From an uncultured virus (IMG/VR IMGVR_UViG_3300030943_000012) (lineage: Duplodnaviria; Heunggongvirae; Uroviricota; Caudoviricetes): a DNA stretch of 20,000 nucleotides. The notes under the pieces are model-generated. The model was given only the letters and a program-made list of their open reading frames with translations, did not search any database and had not been told where the DNA came from. The stretch is from IMG/VR virus record IMGVR_UViG_3300030943_000012; one strand, 5' to 3'. The position numbers and the translations under genes are program-made. This document shows, piece by piece, positions 8,833 to 16,809 of the stretch. Every line of letters starts with the position of its first letter. The first letter of the stretch is position 1.

Positions 8833-9171
8833 CTATCCTAGTTTGAGGAGATCCGACGCGGCGCGATGCTCGAGGGCGTTGAGCTGAATCCATGCCGCCA
8901 GCTTGTTCTCGTCGTGCCAGTCTAGCCCCAGCAGGTTGTAGCCCGCAAGGCTCAGCGCCGAATTCATGTCCGCATGCATCTGCTGGTGCAGGCGCGTCCA
9001 AGTGCCGGTATCGTCGGGGTTGACAGGGTCGAGGCAGTATTCGGGAAGCGCGATCTTGCCCTTCTCGTAGATTACGCGGATGATATCCCGATGGCTCGCC
9101 ATATGCGCGAACGACCACTGATTCAGTTCTTCGGATTTCGTCGGCACATTGAACAGGGCTGCAAGCGCCAT
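8833..9171 (-). CDS. Hypothetical protein with three W-x3-H/N-x3-H repeats (112 aa)
   Basis: GAGG RBS; motifs WSFAHMASH, WTRLHQQMH and WIQLNALEH. Confidence 0.75.
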   Translation of the reverse strand: MALAALFNVPTKSEELNQWSFAHMASHRDIIRVIYEKGKIALPEYCLDPVNPDDTGTWTRLHQQMHADMNSALSLAGYNLLGLDWHDENKLAAWIQLNALEHRAASDLLKLG

Positions 9172-9172
9172 T

Positions 9173-9385
9173 TTACCGGTTCCTCGCCGGCCCCGGCGCA
9201 GCGTATTCCGGCATCACGCCGGGCACGGCTTTCTGGTTCGGGATATCCACGATCTGGCTGGCCGGGCGATGCGGGCGCTGCCCGGTGCGCGGAAAGGCCA
9301 ACGCCGGCGTATCCATCGGAACCGGAGCGTCGTATTCGACCGCGGTGTAATCGGTGGGGGACGGGATCGGCGGGGGGTTCGCCAT
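9173..9385 (-). CDS. Small Pro-rich hypothetical protein (70 aa)
   Basis: C-terminal part of track ORF 9173..9766. ATG at 9385 overlaps the upstream TGA (TGATG) with a GAGG RBS, and the ORF fills the gap exactly. Confidence 0.6.
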   Translation of the reverse strand: MANPPPIPSPTDYTAVEYDAPVPMDTPALAFPRTGQRPHRPASQIVDIPNQKAVPGVMPEYAAPGPARNR

Positions 9386-10143
9386 CAGGTCGTCCTCACA
9401 GCCTTCATGCCGACGGTGACAGCGCCGGGCGTGATGGTCGAGGCCGTGGTGAAATTCGCCGCGCGCACGGTCACCGTGCCCACTGTCGCATCGCCGGCGG
9501 CGAAATACGAAGTGAACGTCAGCCCGGTTGAAACCGGCAGCGGAAGCGCCATTGCGAGCCCGTCGGTGCGCAACAGGCCCGCGACAGTGAACGACTGGTC
9601 CTGCCCCGCGCCAGGGACGATCGAGGTGTAGGTCAGTGTAGCGGAAGCGGCCAGTACCCCGGTCACCGTAGGAGTTGTGGCCGGAAACTTGACACCGATA
9701 GACGGCGATACGAGTGCCGGAAATATGTTCGACCCGCTCGTGGTCATGTTGGAAATCAGGTGCCACCCGCCTGCACCGGAATTAAGCGCAGAGTCGTACA
9801 TGAGGGTAAACGCCGCACCTTGCAGTATCTCGCCACCGCCCAACGGCACTATACCGCTTGCTGTGTCCTTGTACACGTTGAGTATAGGAAGCGTGCCCAC
9901 GCGAGCAGTGGTGGCACCCCCGTTATTGGAAGCTCCTATTCCGCACACCATTACGTAATTTTGGTAATCTAGCAAAGAAACCGATGCCGCCTGCGAGCCG
10001 CTGTTTTGTGCCAGCACGAGGTTGTTCGACCCGGACACAGCGCAAGGGATCGGCGCCAAAACCCCGAAAGCCTGGAAATTCTGGTCCAGATCTGTAAGGG
10101 CCGGTGTCGTATCGTTCCCAAACTGGGTAATCGTGTAGGTCAT
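9385..10143 (-). CDS. Short tail fibre / tail appendage protein (252 aa)
   Basis: Follows the nozzle gene. N-terminal LTDLDQNF, a central NNGGATTARVGTLPILNVYK...LGGGEILQGAAFTLMYD segment resembling common fibre domains, and a Thr/Val-rich beta C-terminal domain. Confidence 0.6.
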   Translation of the reverse strand: MTYTITQFGNDTTPALTDLDQNFQAFGVLAPIPCAVSGSNNLVLAQNSGSQAASVSLLDYQNYVMVCGIGASNNGGATTARVGTLPILNVYKDTASGIVPLGGGEILQGAAFTLMYDSALNSGAGGWHLISNMTTSGSNIFPALVSPSIGVKFPATTPTVTGVLAASATLTYTSIVPGAGQDQSFTVAGLLRTDGLAMALPLPVSTGLTFTSYFAAGDATVGTVTVRAANFTTASTITPGAVTVGMKAVRTT

Positions 10144-10146
10144 CGT

Positions 10147-11760
10147 TTACCCCGTATAATCTATGACTTCGTTCTGAATCATCATCGATACGATAGCCAT
10201 GTCAGCGGCCACTGTCTGCACCGTAATGCCGCTCAACCGCCCATTTTGCGCGATCGCCGTGGGCTCCAAGATGACGATGCCGTTGCCGGCGCTTGACCAT
10301 GCCGCATCGTCTCCGCCGGCCGTATGCCACGTCGCGGGGGCCCCGATAGCCGTCAGCCACGTCGCGGTCAGCGGGCCCAACGTGGTGGCGACGGCGCTCG
10401 ACCCGGTCTCGTTGTCGATCGTGATCGCGAGATTCGGGCTCACCGCGCTGAAATATTTGAACATGCCCCACAGGCGGACGGACGCTTTTGTGACGTGGTA
10501 GCTGCCCGGCTTGTCCCACAGCTTCGACTGAACCGTCTTGATAAAGCCGTTCGAGGGATTCTGGAACAGCGGGTAGATCGTCGTGCCGTCGGTGCCGTAA
10601 GCCGTCAACACCGAATTGATTTCCTGGAATTGGATATAGGTGAGGATCGAATCCTGCTCCGAGGCCCACCACTTCTTGCTGTCCCACAGCAACAGCTTGT
10701 TGACCTGCTGGCCGCTCACCGGATCGATGATCGGGAGCAGCAAGACAAAGCACTTCTTGCCGTAGATGATCGCCTTGGCTGACGAAGGCAGCAGCGAACC
10801 GAAGTTCTCCACGGTGTTATAGACGCCATCGAGCGGCTCGCTGATCTTCGTCACCGCGGCGCCGAACGACACCTGCACGCCGAACGGGTTGGCGAACACG
10901 ATATTGCGGCTGAACACGACGGGCGTGGCGCCCCACGGCGTCCCCACTTCCGGGTCTGCGTTCTGGTTCGTGAACGTGGTGGTGATGGCGCCTGCGTTGC
11001 CGCTGGACTGCACGCCGGAAATATAATTCACGCTGGAATCGCCAATCAGGTACAGGAAGCCGTTGGTCTGCTTGAGCGCGGTGAACCGCACGCGAAGGAA
11101 GCTGTCGGTCGACGTGAAGTTGCCGCCGCCATTGCCCGTCGTGAAATCGTAGGCAGCCCCAGCACCGCCGAAAATAACCGTGGCGTTGTTGATGATCCAG
11201 ATGCGTCCCTGATATGTTTCGACAGCAGTGCCGCCCACCCCCGTCGGCATCGTCCCGCCGGTAGGACCGGCATCTCCCGGCTTATAAAACGTGGTGCCGT
11301 TCCACAAAAAATAGCCATTCGCCTGCTGCGCAACGATGATGATGTAGGTCGAACCATACTGTGAAACGCCAACGGTCGCGCGAGACGGGTTCGTGATCGT
11401 ACCGGCTGGCGCCGCGTTGGTGATCACCCCGGTCAGCGTCGCGACAATGTCGATGCCACCGTCGTTCCGTATCACCACCATGTAGGGCGTGGCACCGATG
11501 TTGGCGAAATCGAAGAACGATACGATGCCTGCCGTCGTCGTATAGAGCGCTGGCCCGAGGCCACGCATGGTACGCAAGAGGCGCTTGCCGATCGGCATGA
11601 AACCATCGCACCAATACATCTGCTCGTCCTTCACGCCAGGGCGTGAAGTGGTCGTGTAGATGCCGTCGAAGTCCTCGAAAATCTGAGGTTCGGGCGGCCC
11701 AGCCGGAAGGTACGGACTGGGCTGCTCGCCGCGCGGCGGGGCTGGTTTCTGAAGGCTCAT
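10147..11760 (-). CDS. Tail nozzle / hub (packaged-DNA stabilisation protein, P22 gp10 / T7 gp12-like), about 537 aa
   Basis: Beta-propeller-like sequence (GYFLWNGTTF, VETYQGRIWI, LKQTNGFLYLIGDSSV, LLLWDSKKW) immediately after the adaptors. Start is uncertain (11760 or 11802). Confidence 0.7.
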   Translation of the reverse strand: MSLQKPAPPRGEQPSPYLPAGPPEPQIFEDFDGIYTTTSRPGVKDEQMYWCDGFMPIGKRLLRTMRGLGPALYTTTAGIVSFFDFANIGATPYMVVIRNDGGIDIVATLTGVITNAAPAGTITNPSRATVGVSQYGSTYIIIVAQQANGYFLWNGTTFYKPGDAGPTGGTMPTGVGGTAVETYQGRIWIINNATVIFGGAGAAYDFTTGNGGGNFTSTDSFLRVRFTALKQTNGFLYLIGDSSVNYISGVQSSGNAGAITTTFTNQNADPEVGTPWGATPVVFSRNIVFANPFGVQVSFGAAVTKISEPLDGVYNTVENFGSLLPSSAKAIIYGKKCFVLLLPIIDPVSGQQVNKLLLWDSKKWWASEQDSILTYIQFQEINSVLTAYGTDGTTIYPLFQNPSNGFIKTVQSKLWDKPGSYHVTKASVRLWGMFKYFSAVSPNLAITIDNETGSSAVATTLGPLTATWLTAIGAPATWHTAGGDDAAWSSAGNGIVILEPTAIAQNGRLSGITVQTVAADMAIVSMMIQNEVIDYTG

Positions 11761-11788
11761 GCGACGGGCCTTGCCAATATTCGGTACA

Positions 11789-12721
11789 TCAAAACCGACC
11801 ATAAATGTTTGTAATTTTTCCGGCTCTTGAGTAGTCAGAGTACCTTTGGGCCATCTTCTCGTACAGCTCAAGCATTCCGCGTGCCCCGTTTAAATTTTGG
11901 GCCTCGAGATACCAGAAGTGTGCAGCGAAGTACATTACGGCATCCGTCCACGGCTCTGGTAGCAACTCGACCGATTGGTTTGTCGTGAGATCTGCGGGGA
12001 TGATCTGACAATCCCATTCCATCTGAAAGTAGTTCGAAGGCAGGGGGTAGCAAAACAGGCTGCCCCCTGCCCCCTGCCCGAACTGCGAACACATCGCCGG
12101 AATCCACTGGTACTGGTAAGGGTAGGTCCGGACCTTCGCTTGGTACGTAGAAAAATCGTATGTCGGAAGCGAGTACCTATAGTTATTGTATAGTATGCTG
12201 ACGGATCGCACAAAGTAGACGCTGCCCGCGCCGGGCACGCTGCTCAGATCGATGTCAGAAAATTTGTATTCTTCCTGCCCCGGCTTCAGCAGGTTGATCC
12301 CGGTCACCGTCAGCGTCGCCTCCGCCCCGCTCCCGGTCGCATCGGTGATCGTCACGATCGGCTCGAAGTAGCCGGCACCGCCATCGGTAATGTCGATCCC
12401 GACGATCACGCCGGCCTGCACGGTGGCGATCGCCGTGGCCTGGCGCCCGTTCGGATCGACGGTCCCGCCGCCGGGGAAGTCCGGCGTGCTGATCGTCACC
12501 GTCGGCGTCTCGCTATAGCCGGTCCCGCCCGCGGTCACCGCGCACGACACGATCTGCCCCGAGATCGGCGTTAGGAAACGAATCGCCTGCGAGCGCATGG
12601 CCACCTCGCGCCGCGCGCGATTGATATAGCGCGTGAGATCGCTGGGATTGGCGAGGATCTGCTTCTGCTCGCGGAGCAGGCGCTGCACATCCTGCTGGTA
12701 GTCGTGGAGGGTCATCGTCAT
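11789..12721 (-). CDS. Head-tail adaptor / tail ring protein, paralog 2 with an inserted beta domain (310 aa)
   Basis: ATG at 12721 overlaps the upstream stop (ATGA). Helical N-terminus (LTRYINRARREVA), GQEEYKF, and C-terminal LPEPWTDAVMYFAA typical of podoviral adaptors. Confidence 0.75.
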   Translation of the reverse strand: MTMTLHDYQQDVQRLLREQKQILANPSDLTRYINRARREVAMRSQAIRFLTPISGQIVSCAVTAGGTGYSETPTVTISTPDFPGGGTVDPNGRQATAIATVQAGVIVGIDITDGGAGYFEPIVTITDATGSGAEATLTVTGINLLKPGQEEYKFSDIDLSSVPGAGSVYFVRSVSILYNNYRYSLPTYDFSTYQAKVRTYPYQYQWIPAMCSQFGQGAGGSLFCYPLPSNYFQMEWDCQIIPADLTTNQSVELLPEPWTDAVMYFAAHFWYLEAQNLNGARGMLELYEKMAQRYSDYSRAGKITNIYGRF

Positions 12722-13473
12722 CGGCCAGCCTTCCCATTCTGGGCCGGATCGTCCGCCATCTCGTACTGCCACGTCAACACCGCGGCGTTCGAGATGTTGC
12801 GCGCCCGCTGCACGAAGGTCTGATAGTAGCCGTAATACGCTTCGGCGTCCGCGCGCCGCGCCTGGGTCTGGCTGCCCAGCAGGGCGTAGTAGGCCGCGAA
12901 GAACGGCACCGCATCGGTGAAGGGGTACGGGATCGCCTCGACCGTCGTGTCATTCACCAGCGTGATCGGGAAGCAGGCGCAATCGAGGTAGAGCGTCCAC
13001 ACGTCGTCCGGAATGGGGTCGACGTAGAACGAGCCGGACTGGCCCGAGCCGCTGGCGGCCGCCGCGCTGCCCTGCGCGTATTGCGCCCATGTCGTCGGTG
13101 GGTGCGAGCCGGGCGTCGAGCTATAGTCGACGGGCACCGGGTTGTTCAGGCAGTACTGGTCGAACCACTCCCATGGGCGCGGCGTGACGTACTGCTGGCC
13201 ATCGCCAAGGCCGTAATTGATGCGCCGGACATTCCACGCACCGGCGATGCCGGTGGTCGCCGAGGTGCCGAGGTCGACGCTCGCGAAGCTGTATTCGCGC
13301 TGGCCGACCACCGTCGGAATCGTCCCGATGCGCCGGATGCACTGCGCCTCTCCGGCGAGCTGCTTACGGGCGATGTTGACGTAGTCCTGGATGACGGTCG
13401 TCGGATACAGCCCCTGCGCGGGCGCGGGGTTCTGCAGCAGGCGCTGGGTGCGGGTCACATATTCGTCGAGCAC
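12718..13473 (-). CDS. Head-tail adaptor / tail ring protein, paralog 1 (251 aa)
   Basis: GTG start with GAGGAG RBS; motifs IQDYVNIARKQLA, TVVGQREYSF, FYVDPIPD and IPYPFTDAVPFFAAYYA. Confidence 0.75.
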   Translation of the reverse strand: MLDEYVTRTQRLLQNPAPAQGLYPTTVIQDYVNIARKQLAGEAQCIRRIGTIPTVVGQREYSFASVDLGTSATTGIAGAWNVRRINYGLGDGQQYVTPRPWEWFDQYCLNNPVPVDYSSTPGSHPPTTWAQYAQGSAAAASGSGQSGSFYVDPIPDDVWTLYLDCACFPITLVNDTTVEAIPYPFTDAVPFFAAYYALLGSQTQARRADAEAYYGYYQTFVQRARNISNAAVLTWQYEMADDPAQNGKAGR

Positions 13474-13499
13474 GGCAGACTATCTCCTCTGCCGCCGCG

Positions 13500-13730
13500 T
13501 CAGTGGTTCCCCGACGGAATCAGTACGGGCGGTTGGCCGGGAATGCTGCGCTCGGCATCGATACGGTAGTAGCGCTCCGAACCGTCGGGGCGCTTGACGA
13601 GGAAGTGCGCGCCCTGCTGCGCCGCCAGCGCTTGCTGGGCGGGCAGCGCCTGCGTGTCGGACAGCGTCAGGCTTTGCGGGAGCGTCGGATTTGAAGCCAA
13701 CACTCCCTTGGCGTTGAGCGAGTAGGTCAC
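13500..13730 (-). CDS. Small hypothetical virion-module protein (76 aa)
   Basis: GTG start with a strong TAAGGAGG RBS; lies between the putative decoration gene and the adaptors. Confidence 0.75.
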   Translation of the reverse strand: MTYSLNAKGVLASNPTLPQSLTLSDTQALPAQQALAAQQGAHFLVKRPDGSERYYRIDAERSIPGQPPVLIPSGNH

Positions 13731-13739
13731 GAGACCTCC

Positions 13740-14906
13740 TTACGGCGCCGGCTGCAGCGTGATGATGTCCGGGCGGCTGCCCATGACGAACGAGATGGTG
13801 GCGCCACTCGGCGTCAGCGAGCCCGAGGGATTGTACCCCACAACCGGCCCAGGAGCCGAAAGGAACAGGCCGCCATCCACGATCGAGCCAACCTGCGCTG
13901 CCACAGTTCCGTTTCCGGTCAGCACCACCTGCGCCGGGCGAGGGCGGAAATTGAGGCCGAGCACTTCCTGACCGTTGGTCACGGTGCCCGCCGAACCCGC
14001 GCCGCCGGCCGAAGTGACCAGTACGTTGCCGGTGCCGTATCCGAGGCCCGAGCCGATAACCGAGCCAGCCTTGACCGTCTGCATCACGTTGGCGACCAGC
14101 GAGCCCGAAGATCCCGCGCCGGCCAGCACCACCGAGACGTTGGCCAGCGAGCCATCCGGCAGCGGCGAGCCGTTGTTGGTCACCAGTGCACCGGTGATCG
14201 AGCCGGAGCCTGTCAGCGAGAACGCCACGACCGCCTGGGTGATGCCGACATTGAGGTTCGGATCGGCCGGGTTCGGCAGGATCACCGGGATCGGAGCCGA
14301 CGGGTACCCAGCGCCCGGATTGGTGAAGGAGATGAACGACACGGTGCCCGAGGTGATGCCCGCATAAGCCGTCGCCTGGATGCCGCCGACGCCGTTCGAG
14401 TTGTTCGCCGGGGGCGGCGGAGCCGGGATGAAGACCAGCGGGGCCATGCCGTAGCCGGCGCCGACCGAGGTCAAGGTGCCGCCGACCAGCGCCAGCTGGC
14501 CGCCGACGATCGGCGCGGCCGTGACGTTTGCGGGGCCGACGACGGTCGCGGTGGTCGACGCCTGCACGTAGCCGGAGCCGTAGGCCGTGGGCACGATGTT
14601 GTAGACGCAGCCAGTGAGGTTGGCGATGCGGGTGGTGAAGCCGTCGCTCTTGGTGAACTGGAAGCCGCCGTTCCACGCTGCGCTGGGCGTGTTGCGCCAG
14701 GTGTTGCTCACCGGGTCGAGGAACTGAATCACGCAGTAGGAGCCTGCGTCGATGAACCAGTCACCGGCCGGGATGATCATCGCGTCGCCTGCGGCCAGGC
14801 CGATCCGATTGGTCGGCGTGTCGAGCGGGGCGTTCTGCAGGTAGGACGGGTAGAGGTTCTGGGGCAGCGGAAGGCCGACGCCGGGACCGCTAATCAACTG
14901 AGCCAT
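13740..14906 (-). CDS. Virion structural protein, putative capsid decoration / head fibre (388 aa)
   Basis: AAGGAG RBS; directly after the capsid gene; G/T/V/P-rich beta composition with repeated G-x-G-Y motifs. Confidence 0.6.
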   Translation of the reverse strand: MAQLISGPGVGLPLPQNLYPSYLQNAPLDTPTNRIGLAAGDAMIIPAGDWFIDAGSYCVIQFLDPVSNTWRNTPSAAWNGGFQFTKSDGFTTRIANLTGCVYNIVPTAYGSGYVQASTTATVVGPANVTAAPIVGGQLALVGGTLTSVGAGYGMAPLVFIPAPPPPANNSNGVGGIQATAYAGITSGTVSFISFTNPGAGYPSAPIPVILPNPADPNLNVGITQAVVAFSLTGSGSITGALVTNNGSPLPDGSLANVSVVLAGAGSSGSLVANVMQTVKAGSVIGSGLGYGTGNVLVTSAGGAGSAGTVTNGQEVLGLNFRPRPAQVVLTGNGTVAAQVGSIVDGGLFLSAPGPVVGYNPSGSLTPSGATISFVMGSRPDIITLQPAP

Positions 14907-14936
14907 AGTGTCGTCTCCTTGCGATCCTAGATAGGA

Positions 14937-15977
14937 CTAAAAGCTTGACCCGGCCAAGTTAAATCCCCAGAACCCCGAGGCCGACTTGGCGGTGAGAATG
15001 TCGTAGCCGACAACTACGACGCCTTGCTGGCCGATCTGGCCGAGCGGCACGAGTGAGTAGAAGCCGGAGAAGTCGAAGGCGGCATCCTCACTGAGGTACA
15101 TGGCCGTGTACTTCGTGTTGACGCCGAACACGTTGCCGACCGGGCAGAAGTGGTCCGCAAAGATCGGGATGCCCGAGACGTTGAGGTTCGGGAAGCTCGA
15201 CCGCACCGACGTGTTCATGTCGTAGGAGCCGCCGACGTTGACGAACTGCTGCTCGTTGCCGATGAAGTCGGCGTTGAGCGTCGCATAGTCGCCGGGGTTC
15301 ATCACGACGAAGGTCGGGCTCTCGCCGCCGGCCTGGTCGGTCACGTAGGCGAGCAGCTTGGCCATCGAGGCGCGGGTGAAGCCCACGGTGCCCTGCGAGA
15401 AGGTGCCGGAGCCGAGGTTGATGTACTGGCCTTTGAAGGCCGAGTTGCCCGCGGCGTTGCGGTTGATGCCACCGTAGGTCGAGAAGTTGGTGCCGTTGTC
15501 GAAGGCGTTCTGGAACGAGTCCGGATACTGCGGGTTCGAGCCGTTGTTCGTAAACATCAGCCGCGCCATGTTCTGGCGGGTCACTGCGTAGACGTCGTTC
15601 ATGCGGGTCTTCAGCAGGCTGATCTCGCGATCAGTGGCCTGGATGACCGTCTCGCCGAAGGGCAGCGGTACCGGGACGACCCAGTAGGCCAGATTGAACT
15701 GGCCGTTCTGAACTCCGGGGGTGATGACAGGGCTGTTGAATCCACCACCGTACCCGGTGAATTGGCCTTGCACCATGCTGTTGCCCTGCATGGGCACGGT
15801 GACCTGATTGAGGCCGCCGGCGGCACGCTGCGCGTTGCCCGTCATGTAAAACAGGGTCGGGGATCCGAAGTAAATCTGGACGAAGAGCCGGGGCACAAAT
15901 GCGCGCCGCGTCACGGAACTCAATTCAGAGTACAATGAACCTGCGGCGGGTGCGACGCCAATTCCGGGAAGCGGCAT
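14937..15977 (-). CDS. Major capsid protein (HK97 fold, 346 aa)
   Basis: AGGAG RBS; size and position after the scaffold; motifs PTFVVMNPGDYATL, YGGINR and FPNLNVSGIPIFADHFCP resemble podoviral capsid proteins; strongly GC3-biased codons. Confidence 0.85.
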   Translation of the reverse strand: MPLPGIGVAPAAGSLYSELSSVTRRAFVPRLFVQIYFGSPTLFYMTGNAQRAAGGLNQVTVPMQGNSMVQGQFTGYGGGFNSPVITPGVQNGQFNLAYWVVPVPLPFGETVIQATDREISLLKTRMNDVYAVTRQNMARLMFTNNGSNPQYPDSFQNAFDNGTNFSTYGGINRNAAGNSAFKGQYINLGSGTFSQGTVGFTRASMAKLLAYVTDQAGGESPTFVVMNPGDYATLNADFIGNEQQFVNVGGSYDMNTSVRSSFPNLNVSGIPIFADHFCPVGNVFGVNTKYTAMYLSEDAAFDFSGFYSLVPLGQIGQQGVVVVGYDILTAKSASGFWGFNLAGSSF

Positions 15978-16012
15978 AGTAAATCTCCTGTCTGCTTAAA
16001 TAGGGAGCCGCG

Positions 16013-16615
16013 TTACCGATGGCCCTGCGAACGAACTTCCTGAAGCGCCTTCCGAGTAAGCGAGTCGGCGATGCGGTCGGCCTTGATCTCGTCCTTGCCT
16101 GCCAAGGCTTCGATCATGCCGTTCAATTCCTTGTCGGAGTCATCGATCTGCTCCATGAAATTCCATCCGCCGCTCGAACCCGGCATGGCCGGCGACTGGG
16201 GCGGATGCATTTTCTCGTGGTAGGCAGCGGCGATCTCGACGTCGAGAATGCCCTTCTCGTCCATGATCTTCTCGACCGCGGCGATGGAATCGTCCATCCA
16301 GCCGGATCGGCGCAGCGCGCGAAACCCTTCGTCCCGCTTCTGCGAGAGAGCCTGAAGCGTCTGGTTCTGCGTGACTGCGGCATCGCGATCAGCGATCTCC
16401 TTGCGGAGCTTCGCCATGTCGTCCTGCATCTGCTGCATCGGGGACTGAATGGCGGCACGCTGGTCGAGGCGCGGGGTCTTGATGTTGGGGTCAACGATCT
16501 TGGCCGCCTGCTCCACAAGCAGGGCGGACTGCGGATTCTGCAGCAGCCCGTGTGCGAAGTTGTTCAGCTTCGACAGGCGGACAAATTCGGCTTCGTCGAT
16601 CTCGACCCGCGCCAT
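16013..16615 (-). CDS. Probable capsid scaffolding protein (200 aa)
   Basis: Charged helical/coiled-coil protein (MQQMQDDMAKLRKEIADRD) immediately upstream of the capsid gene. Confidence 0.65.
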   Translation of the reverse strand: MARVEIDEAEFVRLSKLNNFAHGLLQNPQSALLVEQAAKIVDPNIKTPRLDQRAAIQSPMQQMQDDMAKLRKEIADRDAAVTQNQTLQALSQKRDEGFRALRRSGWMDDSIAAVEKIMDEKGILDVEIAAAYHEKMHPPQSPAMPGSSGGWNFMEQIDDSDKELNGMIEALAGKDEIKADRIADSLTRKALQEVRSQGHR

Positions 16616-16618
16616 GAC

Positions 16619-16798
16619 TTACTTGCTCCCGCCGGAGTTCGGCACATGGCTGAGGGCGAGCGAGCCTTCCTTGTCCTGCGAGGGCAGGTGCGACTTGCGG
16701 CCGCCGATATCGATCTGCTCCATGTTGACGCGGATGATCTGATCGTCCGACTTCGGGAGCGTCTTGGTGTTGTTCTGGAAGATGTTCACGCTCGACAT
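16619..16798 (-). CDS. Small hypothetical protein (59 aa)
   Basis: AAGGAG RBS before ATG 16798; reads MSSVNIFQNNTKTLPKSDDQIIRVNMEQ...; C-terminal part of track ORF 16619..17029. Confidence 0.75.
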   Translation of the reverse strand: MSSVNIFQNNTKTLPKSDDQIIRVNMEQIDIGGRKSHLPSQDKEGSLALSHVPNSGGSK

Positions 16799-16809
16799 TG
16801 ATCTCTCCT

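Noticed and set aside
9385..10200. Diversity-generating retroelement target in the fibre gene
   Set aside because: No reverse transcriptase and no template/variable repeat pair differing at adenines was seen in this window.
6854..14676. Alternative-frame minus-strand ORFs rich in Arg/His/Pro (13480..14676, 6854..7603, 6993..7676, and the 5' parts of 7919..8731 and 9173..9766)
   Set aside because: Typical off-frame readings in high-GC DNA. Only the coupled C-terminal parts starting at 8344 and 9385 look real.
8830..14939. Genome-wide TAG reassignment, since the TAG stops at 8833 and 14937 are both in frame with the next gene
   Set aside because: Several TAA stops are also in frame with the next gene, the TAG at 381 overlaps the next start codon, and no conserved gene appears broken by an internal TAG.
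14850..15977. Similar N-termini of the capsid (LPGIGVAPAAGSLY) and the 388-aa protein (GPGVGLPLPQNLY)
   Set aside because: Too short and too Gly/Pro-biased to support homology without alignments.
372..16801. Long plus-strand ORFs (e.g. 1646..3157, 1509..2369, 4563..5864, 15150..15938, 16019..16801)
   Set aside because: Antisense shadows of GC3-biased minus-strand genes, with unnatural composition and full overlap with coherent phage genes.
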